From Adineta vaga (Eukaryota > Animalia > Rotifera), in contig CP075494.1 of assembly GCA_021613535.1 (NCBI GenBank), forward strand, positions 8,804,001 to 8,868,000: a stretch of 64,000 nucleotides of DNA, in the 5' to 3' direction. The translations under genes and the position numbers were made by a program. Positions 1 through 12,953 of the stretch are shown here, piece after piece. Within the stretch, counting starts at the first letter, position 1, and each line of letters opens with the position of its first letter. Under the pieces are notes generated by a model. It was not told the origin of the DNA and did no database searches. It saw only the letters and a list, made by a program, of their open reading frames with translations.

Positions 1-1050
1 CTAAGGAATTTCTTTAGTCTATTTCTTGGAAATATCTAAATAAACACTTTCATACAACGATTGACTACGTCTATTTTTGATCGTTAATTATTGAATATTA
101 TTCAAAATGTTGTGTAGACAATTTATCTGGTTTAATACCATTTGCTACTTTACATAAAATAGTGTTTCTTAGCAACTCTTCAAGCACGTTTTCTTTTGTT
201 CATACGACTTATTTTTTTTTATATAGAATCTGAATTTGAAATTTGAAAAAACATTGCTATGCTCTTTTAATTAAATAACTTTCACTTTATGACATATTTC
301 AGAGGTCGCTAATGATCAGTATGGACATTCTCTGTATATGTTGGTATATTATTTGTTCAAATACATGTAAAAAGAAATCTTTTTGTCTGTAGATATTGAT
401 AATAGAAAATGATCTGCATACCACTTTTTGTTTGTTTTCTTTTTATTTGTTATTATTGTATCTTTTTTTTTGATGGAAAGATGAGATGCACGACCAAGGC
501 AATAGTTAGTTATTGTCTTCTTTCCGTGGTGTATCATTGTAGACAAGAGTTGCCAAAGAAAAAAAAACGCAATTATATTTATCCCAATGCTAGTCTTTTC
601 TACTGTCGCACAACAAAATTCTTTTGTCAAATGATGTTCTCGCGAGAACGACGACAGATACCCGTCATTTAGTTAGAGAAAAAAGGAAAAAGAGCGAACA
701 AGATAGAAACATAGAGAGAACGTCATCCCAGAAATAGCATTCGTTGGTATATATCTATGTATATATGTATTCCAAGAATCTAAATCGAAATAAGATTAAG
801 CTAGAGGACATACTGTCTTTCTAATGGAATCAAGACGATAAGGATACTATAGAGTTGGAAACGAACAACTATCTGTCACTTTTGTGCATGATCAAGTAGT
901 TTACATTGACATGAATGTAACTAGATCTGATATATTCAAGTAAGATCTAAGTAATTCGTTAGTTATTTACTGAAAATAACTGAGAATAGAAGGAAAAAAA
1001 CACAATTCTAGTAGAAACTTGAAAATTTTCTACTTTCACTAATAACTCAC

Positions 1051-3892
1051 AAGATAAATAGTTCCCTTGAGGTAGGTGATCGGCCGTAGAGACAGGCATA
1101 ACGAATCGATTTTTCGGGCACACTTATTTCTTTGCTGAATGCCTACGCGTACGCACACGTTACTAATGATGCTGATTGTTTCTTCGTATATATATATTCT
1201 TGTCATTTTCATGTTGAACTGTAGATTCAATGATTAGAAGTCGACTCGGTTTCTTAACTAAAGAAAAAGATGCACATTCTTTCTTCTATTATATCCGACA
1301 AGATTCGCTGTAACTCGACGATAATTATTGATTTGCTGTTTAAAACTTGAGAAGAGAAAGCAAAAAATTAATTAGTATCGATAAATACTCTTTTTTTTCT
1401 TATTGTCTTGTCACCAAGTTCTAATGTGCATATATATAAATTTCCTTTCCTATCTGTCTCTCTTTTATTCTTTTTCTTTTTTTTTCCATTAGTAATATTG
1501 CGGCTGTAGCTACTGATGTATGTGTGTATGTGTGTCTGTGTGTGCATACACGCATGCTTTTAAAAAAAAGAGAGACGACCCACACTCTTTCGCCTCCACG
1601 ACGACCACTTCCGATACAGCGCCACCGACCGAGTTCTTCGGCTAAGAGTCTGACAAATGCGCGAGTATGCAAAAAAAAAGAAGACGTAAGGAAAAATAGA
1701 TATTCGCTTTTACTATTGCTGCATATGTTTCTTTTATCGAGCACGGACGCTTAGAGAAGAGAAGAGGGAGAGAAAGAACCGTATGATGAAAGTTGTCAAC
1801 GCGTATAAGAAGAAAAAGACAGAGAGAAAAAGAGCAAAAAAGATTCTGTATACATTTGTATTGTTGTTTGTATATTGATCAAGCGATGTAAGTTTTTCTT
1901 TTCAGTTAGCTTAATTTATCAGTAATATAGAATAGAATGATATGAACCAAAAAAGAAAAACTAATCATATCGATTTAGGAACATTATATATCGAAAACAA
2001 TTCTACAAATGAAGATGACGTTTCAGGTATCGTTATGAGCAACACTATTCTTTTGTTGCAATAGAAAAATATAATTTTATCTTTAAGATAAAACAATAGG
2101 AATGTAAACTATTCATAGTATGGTCTCATTTGTTTTTTTTTGTATAATAGAAATCAGTCAGCTGATGCCGCACATCAACTGATTCTCTTTCAGTTGGACG
2201 AAAAAACTTGATGAAGTTGAACAAATTAGGACCTCATCGTTGTCTTCATTCGTTCAGTGCTAGTGACGGAACGAGAAAGAATGACAGAGTTTTGTTACAT
2301 ATAGAAGACGAAGAAAAAAAATAAGCAAAAGAAGAAGAAAATGAGTTTTCAATAATATCTTTGCTCTTGTTAGATACGTCCTAGTATAGAAAGAGACGGA
2401 AGTTTGATGTTAGACAGACATGTTGGAAACGCGAACGAGAGAGAGAGTTCTCATTTCTCTTTGAAAAAATCATCATCAATGTTTGCTGCGCATAGTATCT
2501 CATGCAGTGTATTGTGCTTCAGGCTGTACTTACTCAGATATTCGTTCATTCAGTCGGAATTATCGTAAGTTGTATTGTCTAGATATAGATATACATATTG
2601 ATGATCATCAAACATTACATCTTTTGTCTTTTCCTTTGGAAAAAAGTCAACTTCTTTTACATGATCAATAAGAGATTATACAAAATTGAAAAGTCAGATA
2701 TATTCCTCTTTAGATTTCTCTGAGAAATTGAATTTGAAATAAGATGATACTATTATATATTGTCATAGTGAACTTAAGATAGAAAAAAAATATGTATATA
2801 TGTGTGTATGTATCTATTTTTAGTACAATATATAACTTCCGATTATTCTGTCTGTAAATATATTTAGACATTGTTTGTAAAAATGATTTATCTGGCATCT
2901 TTTAAGCCAGAAATTGTTTACAAAGAGAGAAAAACCCGACCGATAAAGATTGTCGGATGTCAATATTGTTTTTGATGTTTCTTTTTTTCATTGACAATCA
3001 TCATCATCATCAAGATGAATAATGTTTGTTCTTTGCCTATAGAAGATATTCTTCTAGTAACATATTTTCAATTTTATATTCTATCAAGTGTTGATATAAA
3101 TAAGTAGAAAATTATCTTTTAATAATCATAATCATTCCGCTTCATCAACTATTCATAGTAATTGCTAGATTTTATTTTCGTTCTTTTTCGAACGAGATAA
3201 ACATGTAATCAAAGCACAATTTATGTTTATTATGTTTGATAGAAAAAAGAAGAAAACGAACAACAACAACAATCGTCATCATTGAAGATTTACTATTTTT
3301 CGTTTATATCCTATTCCCTAGTGAATTTTTTTTTCTCTAATTAAAAGCACGAATTGAACTAAATAAATAAGTCGATTGTTGTTTTCCGTTTATTTGTTTC
3401 AACTGTTGACAGATAGAAATAATATATCAACACAACCAAATTAGTGACGATCTTTTGTCATTGGTAAGCTATATTCTTTTTAGAGATAGACACACTAGAT
3501 ACGGATGCCTACGCATACTATACATAGTTGATATTATTTGGCTAGCGAAAAGAGCTTCCGTTGTTGAGAAAAGAAAGAATTATAGACACAGTGGTCGCAC
3601 ATTGCCAAGTGCACGCAGAAAGCATCTTGCCTGCCCGTCAAATCAATCATATCTTCTTTTTCCTGCTATGCTTGTTTTAATATAGCAGTCGTTGCTTTTT
3701 GCCTGCCCTACAACCATTCATCATCATTCTTTAGATTGTGGCTTGGTTGACGCGGATGCTTGTGTTTTTCTCTCTTCGGGTCGTACTTACGCGTTGCCCG
3801 GACTTGGCCATGCATTGAAAATTAGCCGTTCCTACATAGACACAGTAATAGAGATGCAAGAGAGATTGAAAGAAGAAGAACAGCAGTAGCAT
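1051..3892 (-). CDS. Possible 5' part of an unknown gene running off the left edge (exons 3892-3791 and 1142-1051)
   Basis: ATG at 3892 opens MLLLFFFFQSLLHLYYCVYVGTANFQCMAKSGQR, ending at a perfect GTAAGT donor. A stop-free, phase-compatible segment 1142-1051 (AFSKEISVPEKSIRYACLYGRSPTSRELFI) lies between AG and GTGAGT. The acceptor is weak and no family is recognised. Confidence 0.3.
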
Positions 3893-4608
3893 TACTAGAA
3901 GAGAAGAAGAACAAGAAGAAAAGAAGAAGAGAGCTTCTCCTAATTGTTGTAACAACCAGCCGACCCACGACTATATACGAAGGACGAGAACGACGAGTTT
4001 TCTTCTTTTCTTCTTCTTCGTCTTCTTCGTTTTTTCTTCTATTTTTTTCCATTATATCCTTCTCATCATATCGAATCATAGCTCCTAGATAGACATTCAA
4101 ATACGTGAAATATATCAAAGTACAAATTGAGTATGTCAACATCGACATACAATGCAGTCGAAACATCTTCTTCTATGATTGCCTTACACGAAATTGTTTA
4201 ACATCATCGGCAATCGTTTAGTTGATACGTAGAAATATCTAGATATGAGCGATTCACTTATAATAAGAACAACAAAAGATCACAGTGACAATCCAACTAT
4301 TAGTTCAATGTAATAATGTACATAGTAGGAAAAATCCACTAATAATAGAAGATTTGTTTTGTTTTTTGAAACAAACAAAAAATACTAATTTCTTTCCTTT
4401 TCCTTCTTCGTTAGAAAAAGACAAAGGAATACATTTACTTAATCTAACACCTTTACTTATCATATGAATCAAAATACTATTATCTTCTTTTTCTTCTATT
4501 TCTAGATCTCAACTTGATTTTGGGTTGATTATTTAATTGTATTTCAATCCTTTCATTTTATTATTGTCGTCTTCCTGTATTTATATTGATTATTATCAAC
4601 CATGCACG

Positions 4609-7446
4609 ATGAAAAGCTATGGTAAATCTTTGAGCTAAAATAATATGTTAAAAACTTCAAGGAATTTTTTATTCTTATGCTGAAGGCAATTTTCATAATG
4701 ATTACTATTTGCCATAATAGATCTAAATAGATAAAGAAAACCCCAATGGTATCATTGATTTTTCTTCTTCTTCTTTCATAACATGAAAATGTGCGTGTTT
4801 TCTTGTTTAATTTACTCGAGATTTTTTCCTGATGTCTTAAACAGTTAACAAGCTGATATTTATATTCAATCGTTTAGAAATAGAAATGATATCTATAGAA
4901 ATTTATTGAATACATTTATTCTAAATAAGAATTTGTTTTTATTTACATGCTTCCGGGTATAATGATTCGTTCTTTTAAGAAGAAATTGTTTGATTGAAAA
5001 AATTAAATTAAAGATAATAGAATCTTCTTATGTTGCCGTACAATAAAGAAAGAAAAATAATGAGTCATTTTTCCATTCTTTCTTACTTTTTTGTATATAT
5101 GTGAATAGTATACTTAGAAATTAGAGGAATGATGCACTCGATAACTGTTAAAGTAATAATAGGGTTGAGGTTAGCGAAGAAAATCAAATAGTGATCGTTG
5201 ATTTTGTTTTGTAATCAATGTGTTGGATGAGAAAAGATCGCTTTAAGTCACATCGACTAAAAAAGTAATCTCCGGTATAGAGATTATATTTATCTTATTT
5301 TTCTTGATGTATGAAAAGAAAAGGAAATAGAGAAATCATTGAAGTATAAAACTATCATTGCCATAGATAAGAAATTTTCGTTTTGTTTGAAGAATAAATT
5401 GAAAGAAATAGAAAAGATCTTCTTTATCTTTGTTAGAGTCATCCTTGGCGTTTTTCAACAGTCGTCGATGCAACGGTCGACTGTCGTCAAATTTCTATCC
5501 GACAGTTTATTCGAGACGTACATCGATACTTATTTCGTGTCTATCTATATTTTCACTACTTTCATCGGTTGCTGCTGTCCAAGCTGTCAATCAACAACAA
5601 CAACAACGAATTCCGTCTTCACTTTCTTTTCTATCACACAATGAAACGTCAGCTGCAGCAACAACATTTGATAATTCTCGACGACGAATACAAGTAACGA
5701 ATTTATTGTTATCATCAACATCAACAGCATCAAGTACTGTAACTAATGATTCTATGAATTTTACAACGACACCAGAATTGGACTTGAGACATACACATCA
5801 TCTTGTGCTTATAGTTATTATTTGTACTATTTGTTCTTTACTGTGTGGTTTAACGATAATTGGCAATCTTGTTGTTATACTCTCTGTTTGTATCGTACGA
5901 AAATTACAAACAGCATCAAATATTCTCATTGTTAGTCTTGCTGTTAGTGACATTTTTGTTGGTTTATTTATAATGCCATTGGCCATGGGTAAAGTTTCTA
6001 ATCTTTTTCTATTGTAATAATTGACATTGAACTATCTGTTCTTTTTCCTTCTTGTTCTAGTGCTCGAGTTAAGTAATGGTTGGATATTAGGTCCAGCTAT
6101 GTGCGATATATGGACATCAACGGATGTTCTTTTATGTACTTCATCTATATTAAATTTTCTCGTCATTTCAATTGATCGTTATTTCATTATTAATCATCCA
6201 TTTAAATATGCACCGATGCGTAAAGTTAAATTACTATCCTTTATGATTGCTGCTGTTTGGATACTCAGTGCACTTGTTTCATTACCGCCTATTCTAGGAT
6301 GGGGACGTATGTATCATGTATTGTTTTTCGACTGTTTGATGCACTTTGAAAAGATTCGATTTGAGAGAAGAAGTACAACCGTATCTGATAGCACACATCG
6401 ACAGTAGTAAATTAAGACGAATATTTGAGAGAATAAGTCATTGACTATCGATATAGAACATCTGAATGCAGCTTTTCTTTCAATTTCTATAGTGTTTTAT
6501 CCAATCTCAATATTGAATTAAAGTTTTGTTTTTGATTGATTTTATAGTTCCATCAAAGAATCTTCCAATCTGTGAAGTAAATTCATCATTAGAATATCAA
6601 ATATTTGCAACAATGCTTTCATTTTACATTCCCCTCATTGTTGTATTAATTATTTATGCTAATATTTATCGAACCGCTCAAACGGCTATGGACACTCGAT
6701 CAAGTGTTCAAATGTCCCAATTTTTAACTCATAATACTTCCTCAGCTAATTTTGCTCAAACTGCAAGTGGATTATCGAAACGACAATTGAATGGAGAAAG
6801 TCATTCGGCGCCGCAATTGTATCTAACTGTCTCGAATGCAAGTAATAATGACGATAATTCTTCACTAACAGGTGGTCGACGATCATTAAAACGTTCAGAA
6901 AACAGTCCGCAACAATCGAAATCATCAAGTTTCCTATCTCCAAGAGGATGTTTAGGTCGTCGAATCAGTGCACCATTTAATGGTCGATTATCGATATTTG
7001 TATCTCGTCGTACGACATTTTTTCGTCATGTGCATTTACCAAATCAAAAAGCCATTCGTACACTTGGAGTTATTCTTGGTACATTTATTATTTGTTGGCT
7101 TCCATTTATGTCCTTTGCAATAATAAAACCATTATATAAATGTATAACTGGCTTAACAAGTACAGAACAACCGTTAAATGCTCCTCGATGGGTTGACTCA
7201 ATATTACTTTGGTTTGGCTATTTATCATCAATGTTAAATCCAATAATTTATTCCAAATTTAATCGAGAATTTCGCACACCGTTTCGAGAAATCATTTGTT
7301 GTCGTTGTCGGGGTTTAAATGAAAAGATTCGTCGACAAGAATATTTAGAAAATCTTTATGGAGATAGTCATTTACAACCACCAATGCCAGCTCATTTAGC
7401 AACATCTACACGAAATAGCAGCAATCCGGAGCCAGTCGCCGTGTGA
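4609..7446 (+). CDS. HTR7: Serotonin receptor, 5-HT7-like class A GPCR (exons ~4609-4621, 5437-5988, 6061-6306, 6548-7446)
   Basis: TM1 GN, TM2 LAVSD, TM3 CDIWTSTDVLLCTSSILNFLVISIDRY (amine-binding Asp), TM5 YQIFATMLSFYIP, TM6 CWLPF, TM7 NPIIY, then FNREFRTPFREIICC typical of invertebrate 5-HT7. The start exon (MKSY-E) is inferred from a phase-compatible GT/AG pair. Confidence 0.85.
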
Positions 7447-8164
7447 TACGCTGTGATACACATCTAGACAAACAGACAACAGAAAACATTTGACGGTGAA
7501 CATATCGAATGCTCACATCCGGTTTCCCGAATAATTTATATATATATATATATATAATATCTTTAACACCACGAATCTCCTTATTTTTGTGTTTGTGTGT
7601 GTGTGCTTTTTATGCGATTCGTAGCGGTCTGTCTTCTCATGATTGTGTGTGTATTTTGTTCTGCTTTAAAACTTTTATTTTATATAAAATCAAACTGCAT
7701 ACAAGAAATTAACATATTCATGATATTCAAATAATATTCTACACAATTGTTTACATGCATATTCTCGATGTTCTTTTTTTAATTTCATAAAAGCATTGTT
7801 AGTACAGATAATCTTCGAATATTCTATTGAAATTCTATTTGTTTGAGTGAAGACGAACAATGATTGCTTTTCGAAGAGAAGAAAAGTTCAACAACTCATC
7901 GATCGTTACATTTAATGCACAATGAAGTAGAAAATCTGCTTGATAGAAATACATATTTTTATTTAAATACAATAGAATAGAAAATGATTGATTGAAAATA
8001 TATATATATATATAAATTCTGAATTAAGAGGAAAATTTAGAGATAAAAATAGTCGATATGAATGCATGTACATCAAATTTAGCTAGATTTCTTTATCATC
8101 ACAACAAACAATCGTGGAAATGTTTTATCCTAAACAATATCAAAAATATTTAAAAAAAAAGTCT

Positions 8165-10633
8165 TTAACAACTCCAAAGAATGACTCGTCGATGTTTTTC
8201 AGATGAAGCAACATATCTTCCTTCTGGATGCCAAGCAACAGAGGTGACCATTGTTCTAAAATGAAAAGTAAAATATTAAAAAATTTAACTTCAGAAAAAT
8301 TTCATACGCATGTTTTTTTGCTAAAACTTTTTCACAACTACCATTCGCCGTATTCCATATAAACAACGATCCATCTTGAGAACCTGCACACGCATAACAA
8401 CCATCGGGTGATAAGATTGCTTTGTTTGTATCGGTACTAACTTGAAAATCATCATGACTGAATGTATGAAGTAGATTATTTTGTCGCAAATCAATTAATT
8501 TCAATGTATCATCTTTTAAACCTGCTAATAATTGATTTTTTTCTAAGAACGAAGAAAATTATGAATGAAATTTTAATAGAAAAATCAATCATTTTCTTTT
8601 ACCTGCATTGAATGATAGGGACGTAATTGGAGCATTGTATTGTAATTCAACACGACATTGGTTAGTTAATGTATCCCATATTCGAATCTTTTTATCGAAA
8701 TGTCCACTAACGATGGTACCAGCTGCATCAGTAATGACTAAATCATGACATTTTGATCCAGCAAATAAGGTCTGAATACCTGTAAAAATCGAAAGAAATT
8801 AGGGAGAGAAGATTTTTTCTTTTGCTTTCAAATTTTACATTGTCGATTTTGTATATCCCAGATTTTAATCAATCGATCAGCACTACCAGTCGCTAATTTT
8901 GTTCCTGATATGAATTTACATGTATAAATAAGACCATTATGACCAGTATAGGTATCTTTGAGTTGACGATTATCACCATACGACCAAAGATAGGCTTTAT
9001 CACCTGAACAACCAACTAATAAACGTGCCTAAGATTGATTCAATAATAGCAAACTAAATAAGAATAATCAAACATTTACTCACTCCTTCACTATCAAAAT
9101 CAAGTGCATTGATTGCACCGTGACTACCATACAATGTACCGTTTTTATATGGTTGACCCGACGAAGAAATTTCCCATAGACAAACCATTTTATCACTACA
9201 TCCTGTTGCTAATATAGATCCTGATGGTTGAAACTGTATAGCATAAACTTCTAAGTCAGTACAATCCTAAATAGGAAAACAAAAACATCAATTGATGTCA
9301 ATGTGATTGTGTCTAGTATTCCTAACCCAATGATGAACTTCTCGCGTTGGAATAGATGCTGCAACACAGAACGTCGATGTTCGAAAGAGTCTATCAGTGG
9401 TCACGTTAGTAGCTACTCCCGGATTAAATATTCGTTTGATATTTGAAAATAGATTTCCGCTACCAATAGCTAAACCATTTGTCGTTGATCTTCGATTAGC
9501 TGCATCATCTGACGAGTTTTGTAGTATATTATTGGAATTTGTCAAACCAGTTATACTCGATTCTGAAGTACGTGCACCAGAAGAAACAGGTACGAAATCA
9601 CCTTCGATTACTTCTGATTCTTTACGGCTTTGGGTTCTTCTATAATAGTAAGAAAGGAAAAATCTTCTTAGATTAAGAAATAAAATGACGAACTTATTGT
9701 AGCGTTCAACTTCAGCATTGAGCATTTCTAATTGAATTCTTTTTGATTCTAGTAATTCTTCTTCGCGTTGTTTATTAATTCGTCTTTCAGTATCTAGTTG
9801 TTGTTCCAATTCAAGATACGACGGTTTTAAACGACTATACTCTATGCGTAATTGGTCAAGTTTAGTTTGAACCGCAACAAATTCTTCTCGAAGAATCTAA
9901 ACTATCCTATACAGATTTATATCTTCAATAAAAATCACCATTTACCTGATTGATATTGATATATTCATTCAAATCAAATTCTGTCTTTTCAATTTTAGCA
10001 AGCAATTGTTCGTTTTCATTTTTATACTGATGAACTCTTTAATAACAAAAAAAAAACAACTAAATTCAAACAATCGTTAATCTTTTCATTTTATTTCTTA
10101 CTTGGATTCTTCTTTCGTTAATTTATCTGATAATTCACTCAATGCACGATTCAAACGAAGAACTTCTCCAGCAAGCTAAAAAACCAATATCTTCTTTTGA
10201 AAATAGAAATCATTCAAGAATACTTACTTCACCTTTTTCTCGTAAATGCATAACAACTTCTTCAGTAGCAACTGATAATTTATTATTTACATTTGCTAAT
10301 TCTTGACTAAAAAAACAAAATAAATTAGTTAATCAATCAATCAATCAATCAATCAATTGAGTCCTATCAAGAGATTTTTACCTAGCTTCAGATGCTCTTT
10401 CTAATCCTGCATTAGCTAAACGTAAATGATTAACATCCTTTTCAAGTTTATTACATTGAAATTGAAGAGATGTTTGATGATCTAGAAGACCATTGTCTAC
10501 AAAATGAAAAAAGCTAGCAACGCTACAGTGAACTTGAAACAAATTACATACAATGTTCGATGATTTCATCATAAGCATTCCATTGATCTTTGTGAACTTT
10601 TAATTGACGAAAAATATCGATTTTCCAATCCAT
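8165..10633 (-). CDS. ATG16L1: Autophagy protein ATG16 (N-terminal ATG5-binding helix, coiled coil, WD40 propeller), multi-exon
   Basis: N-terminus MDWKIDIFRQLK, a long coiled coil, and WD40 repeats such as LATGSADRLIKIWD, SGHFDKKIRIWD and SPDGCYACAGSQDGSLFIWN. Canonical introns; stop TAA at 8165. Confidence 0.88.
10331..10354. repeat. (AATC)6 microsatellite in an ATG16 intron
   Basis: Six direct tandem AATC units are visible. Confidence 0.9.
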
Positions 10634-10994
10634 ATTCTATGACTTTGCGTTAATCAATCATGAAATGTGATAAGAAGGAGACAAGATAGTTTGAATATAT
10701 GAATGAGTAATGATTTTGTTTTGACAGTAGGAAAACTTGTCATAGACAACTTCGACAGAGGTCGTAAACTATCACATATATAAATGATCATATGCTTTGA
10801 TGATCCTATATAAAAGATTGCATATTGCAGTTTTAAAGATCAAAAGTGGAAAATTATCGTATGTGTGATGGCAAGTTCTTTTATTAAATTAGAATCAGAT
10901 TTTTTCATGTAAACATTTAAAAGAAAATCTACGAATGCAAATTTCACTATTATACTAATGAATTACTAATATAGAAAATTCTTCTTTAGCTAAA

Positions 10995-12678
10995 TTAAAA
11001 GTAATAAATTCGTTTTAGGTCATTATGAGAAGTCGTCTGCATTTTAATAATACCATTTCTATTCATTGATTTCATTCTCTTCTTTGTTCCTATGGAATCT
11101 ACAGCAAATATCGATTGACCAAAAACTAAATCCATATCTTCTAAACTTTTTCCTTTGGTTTCCGGATAAAATAAATAGATTATAATACCCATTATTATAA
11201 CATAAAATACCGAAAATTAAATATGTACCATACGTTAAACTTTCTAACCATGTTGGTACAAGAAAGGAAACGATACAATTTGTTGCCCAATTTGCAGCTG
11301 TTGTAATCGATGTACCTCTTGAACGCATACTTAACGGAAAGATTTCGGTACAATAAATCCATGCAGTTGGTCCCCAACTAAATGCAAATGACGCGACAAA
11401 GATATAAACAAATGTAATAATAATAAATGAAGCCGTTCGATTTGGAATAATCACTTGTACAGCACTTGTCGTTTCATTAAAATGTGTATATCCATGAACA
11501 CCCATTGTTCCACCGATAATTAACATTGATAAAGCCATTAAACATGCACCACTAATTAATACAAAACGTCGACCTAATCTATCGATATAAAGAATAGCTG
11601 GTATTGTCGCAAGAATTAATACACAACCATTAATGCCAGTCGCTAGTAACGATGCACGTTGATCATTTAAACCAGCTTGTTTAAAAATTTCAGGTGCGTA
11701 ATACATAATCGAATTAATACCTGTTAATTGTTGTAAAATTTGTATACTAATGCCGAGTGCTAAACGTCGACGAAGTGGTGGATAGAGAAATTGTGCATAG
11801 GATTGAATAGATTGTTCACGCTCAAGAATAATTTCATTTTTAATATCATTATATTCATCAAGAACATCAATTGAAGATGCGGCACGAATTTGAGTTAGAA
11901 CACGTAAAGCTTCAGCATCACGATCTTGTGTCATCAACCAACGGGGCGAAAATGGAAAAATTAGAATACCAATAGCGAGAATTAATGCAGGAACAATTTG
12001 TAATGCTAATGGAATACGCCATGCAGCACTACTGCCCAAAAAATAAATATCCGTACCTAAAAATAATCAAGAAAAAAAAGGAAAATTTTATCATATTCTT
12101 GTTTTTTTACCATAATTAATCCAAAAGCTGATTGCGATACCAATTGTAATAGCCCATTGTTGAAGTGATACAAGCCGTCCACGAATGTTTTTCGTTGCAA
12201 TTTCTGATTGATAAACAGGTACAAGCATTGACAAAGCTCCAACGGATATTCCTTTTCATAGCATAGAAAAAAAAACATGTTTATCGTCTTATTTTCTACT
12301 ACGAACAGAAAACGTACCAGCCACAAGACGAGAGAGCAATAACATGAATAAATTTGTCGATGCTGTTTGTAAAATAGCACTTATAATAAAAACGACCGAA
12401 AACAGTACAATAGAGTATTTGCGTGAAAGTCGATCACCTGATGGACCGGCGATAAGTGCACCGAGAAAACAACCAACCAGCATAATACCAACAATCGAAC
12501 CTGATATCGAACTTGTTAATGAACCACGTGCAAGACTTGTTGGACCTCCAAATGCCAGAAGAAAATCTGACATCGTAAGAACACCAGAAATAACACCGGT
12601 ATCATAACCGAAAAGAAGACCACCGATGGCCGCAAAGCCACCAGTAATATAAACTTGAAAATTTTTGTTCGATGTCAT
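10995..12678 (-). CDS. MFS sugar porter of fungal high-affinity hexose transporter type; two introns; frameshift at ~11199
   Basis: Motifs GGLLFGYDTGVISG, VPVYQSEIA..IRGRLVSLQQWAIT, AWRIPLALQ, PFSPRWL, QQLTGINSIMYYAP, WGPTAWIYCTEIFP and PETKGKSLE. Introns at 12252-12317 and 12057-12110. The last TM and PETKG motif are out of frame by one extra T. Confidence 0.9.
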
Positions 12679-12953
12679 CGAAATTGACTATACAATGCAA
12701 AAAAAATCGAGTAATGTGAGATGTTTGTGTTATTTTCGATGATTATTGATAAGAATAAAGAATCGAAAGAGATTGAAAGTATCTATATCTTTTCATTTTT
12801 GGTCAAAATAATACATCAACATGTCAAAGGAATTGGAAATATTCAAACCCTATGATATGTTGAATAGATTGTGAATAAAAAATTCATTCAAAGATTATAC
12901 TCAACATTGAGCATGGTTTTTCTATATTTATCTATGAAATAATACAAAATATG

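Noticed and set aside
1421-1754. Overlapping ORFs on both strands in a locally GC-richer patch
   Set aside because: Built from GT/GA microsatellites and homopolymer runs, with no recognisable domain or consistent splice frame. More likely regulatory or UTR sequence.
5339-5644. 101-aa ORF overlapping the 5-HT7 N-terminal exon
   Set aside because: An alternative frame starting inside the intron, with no independent support.
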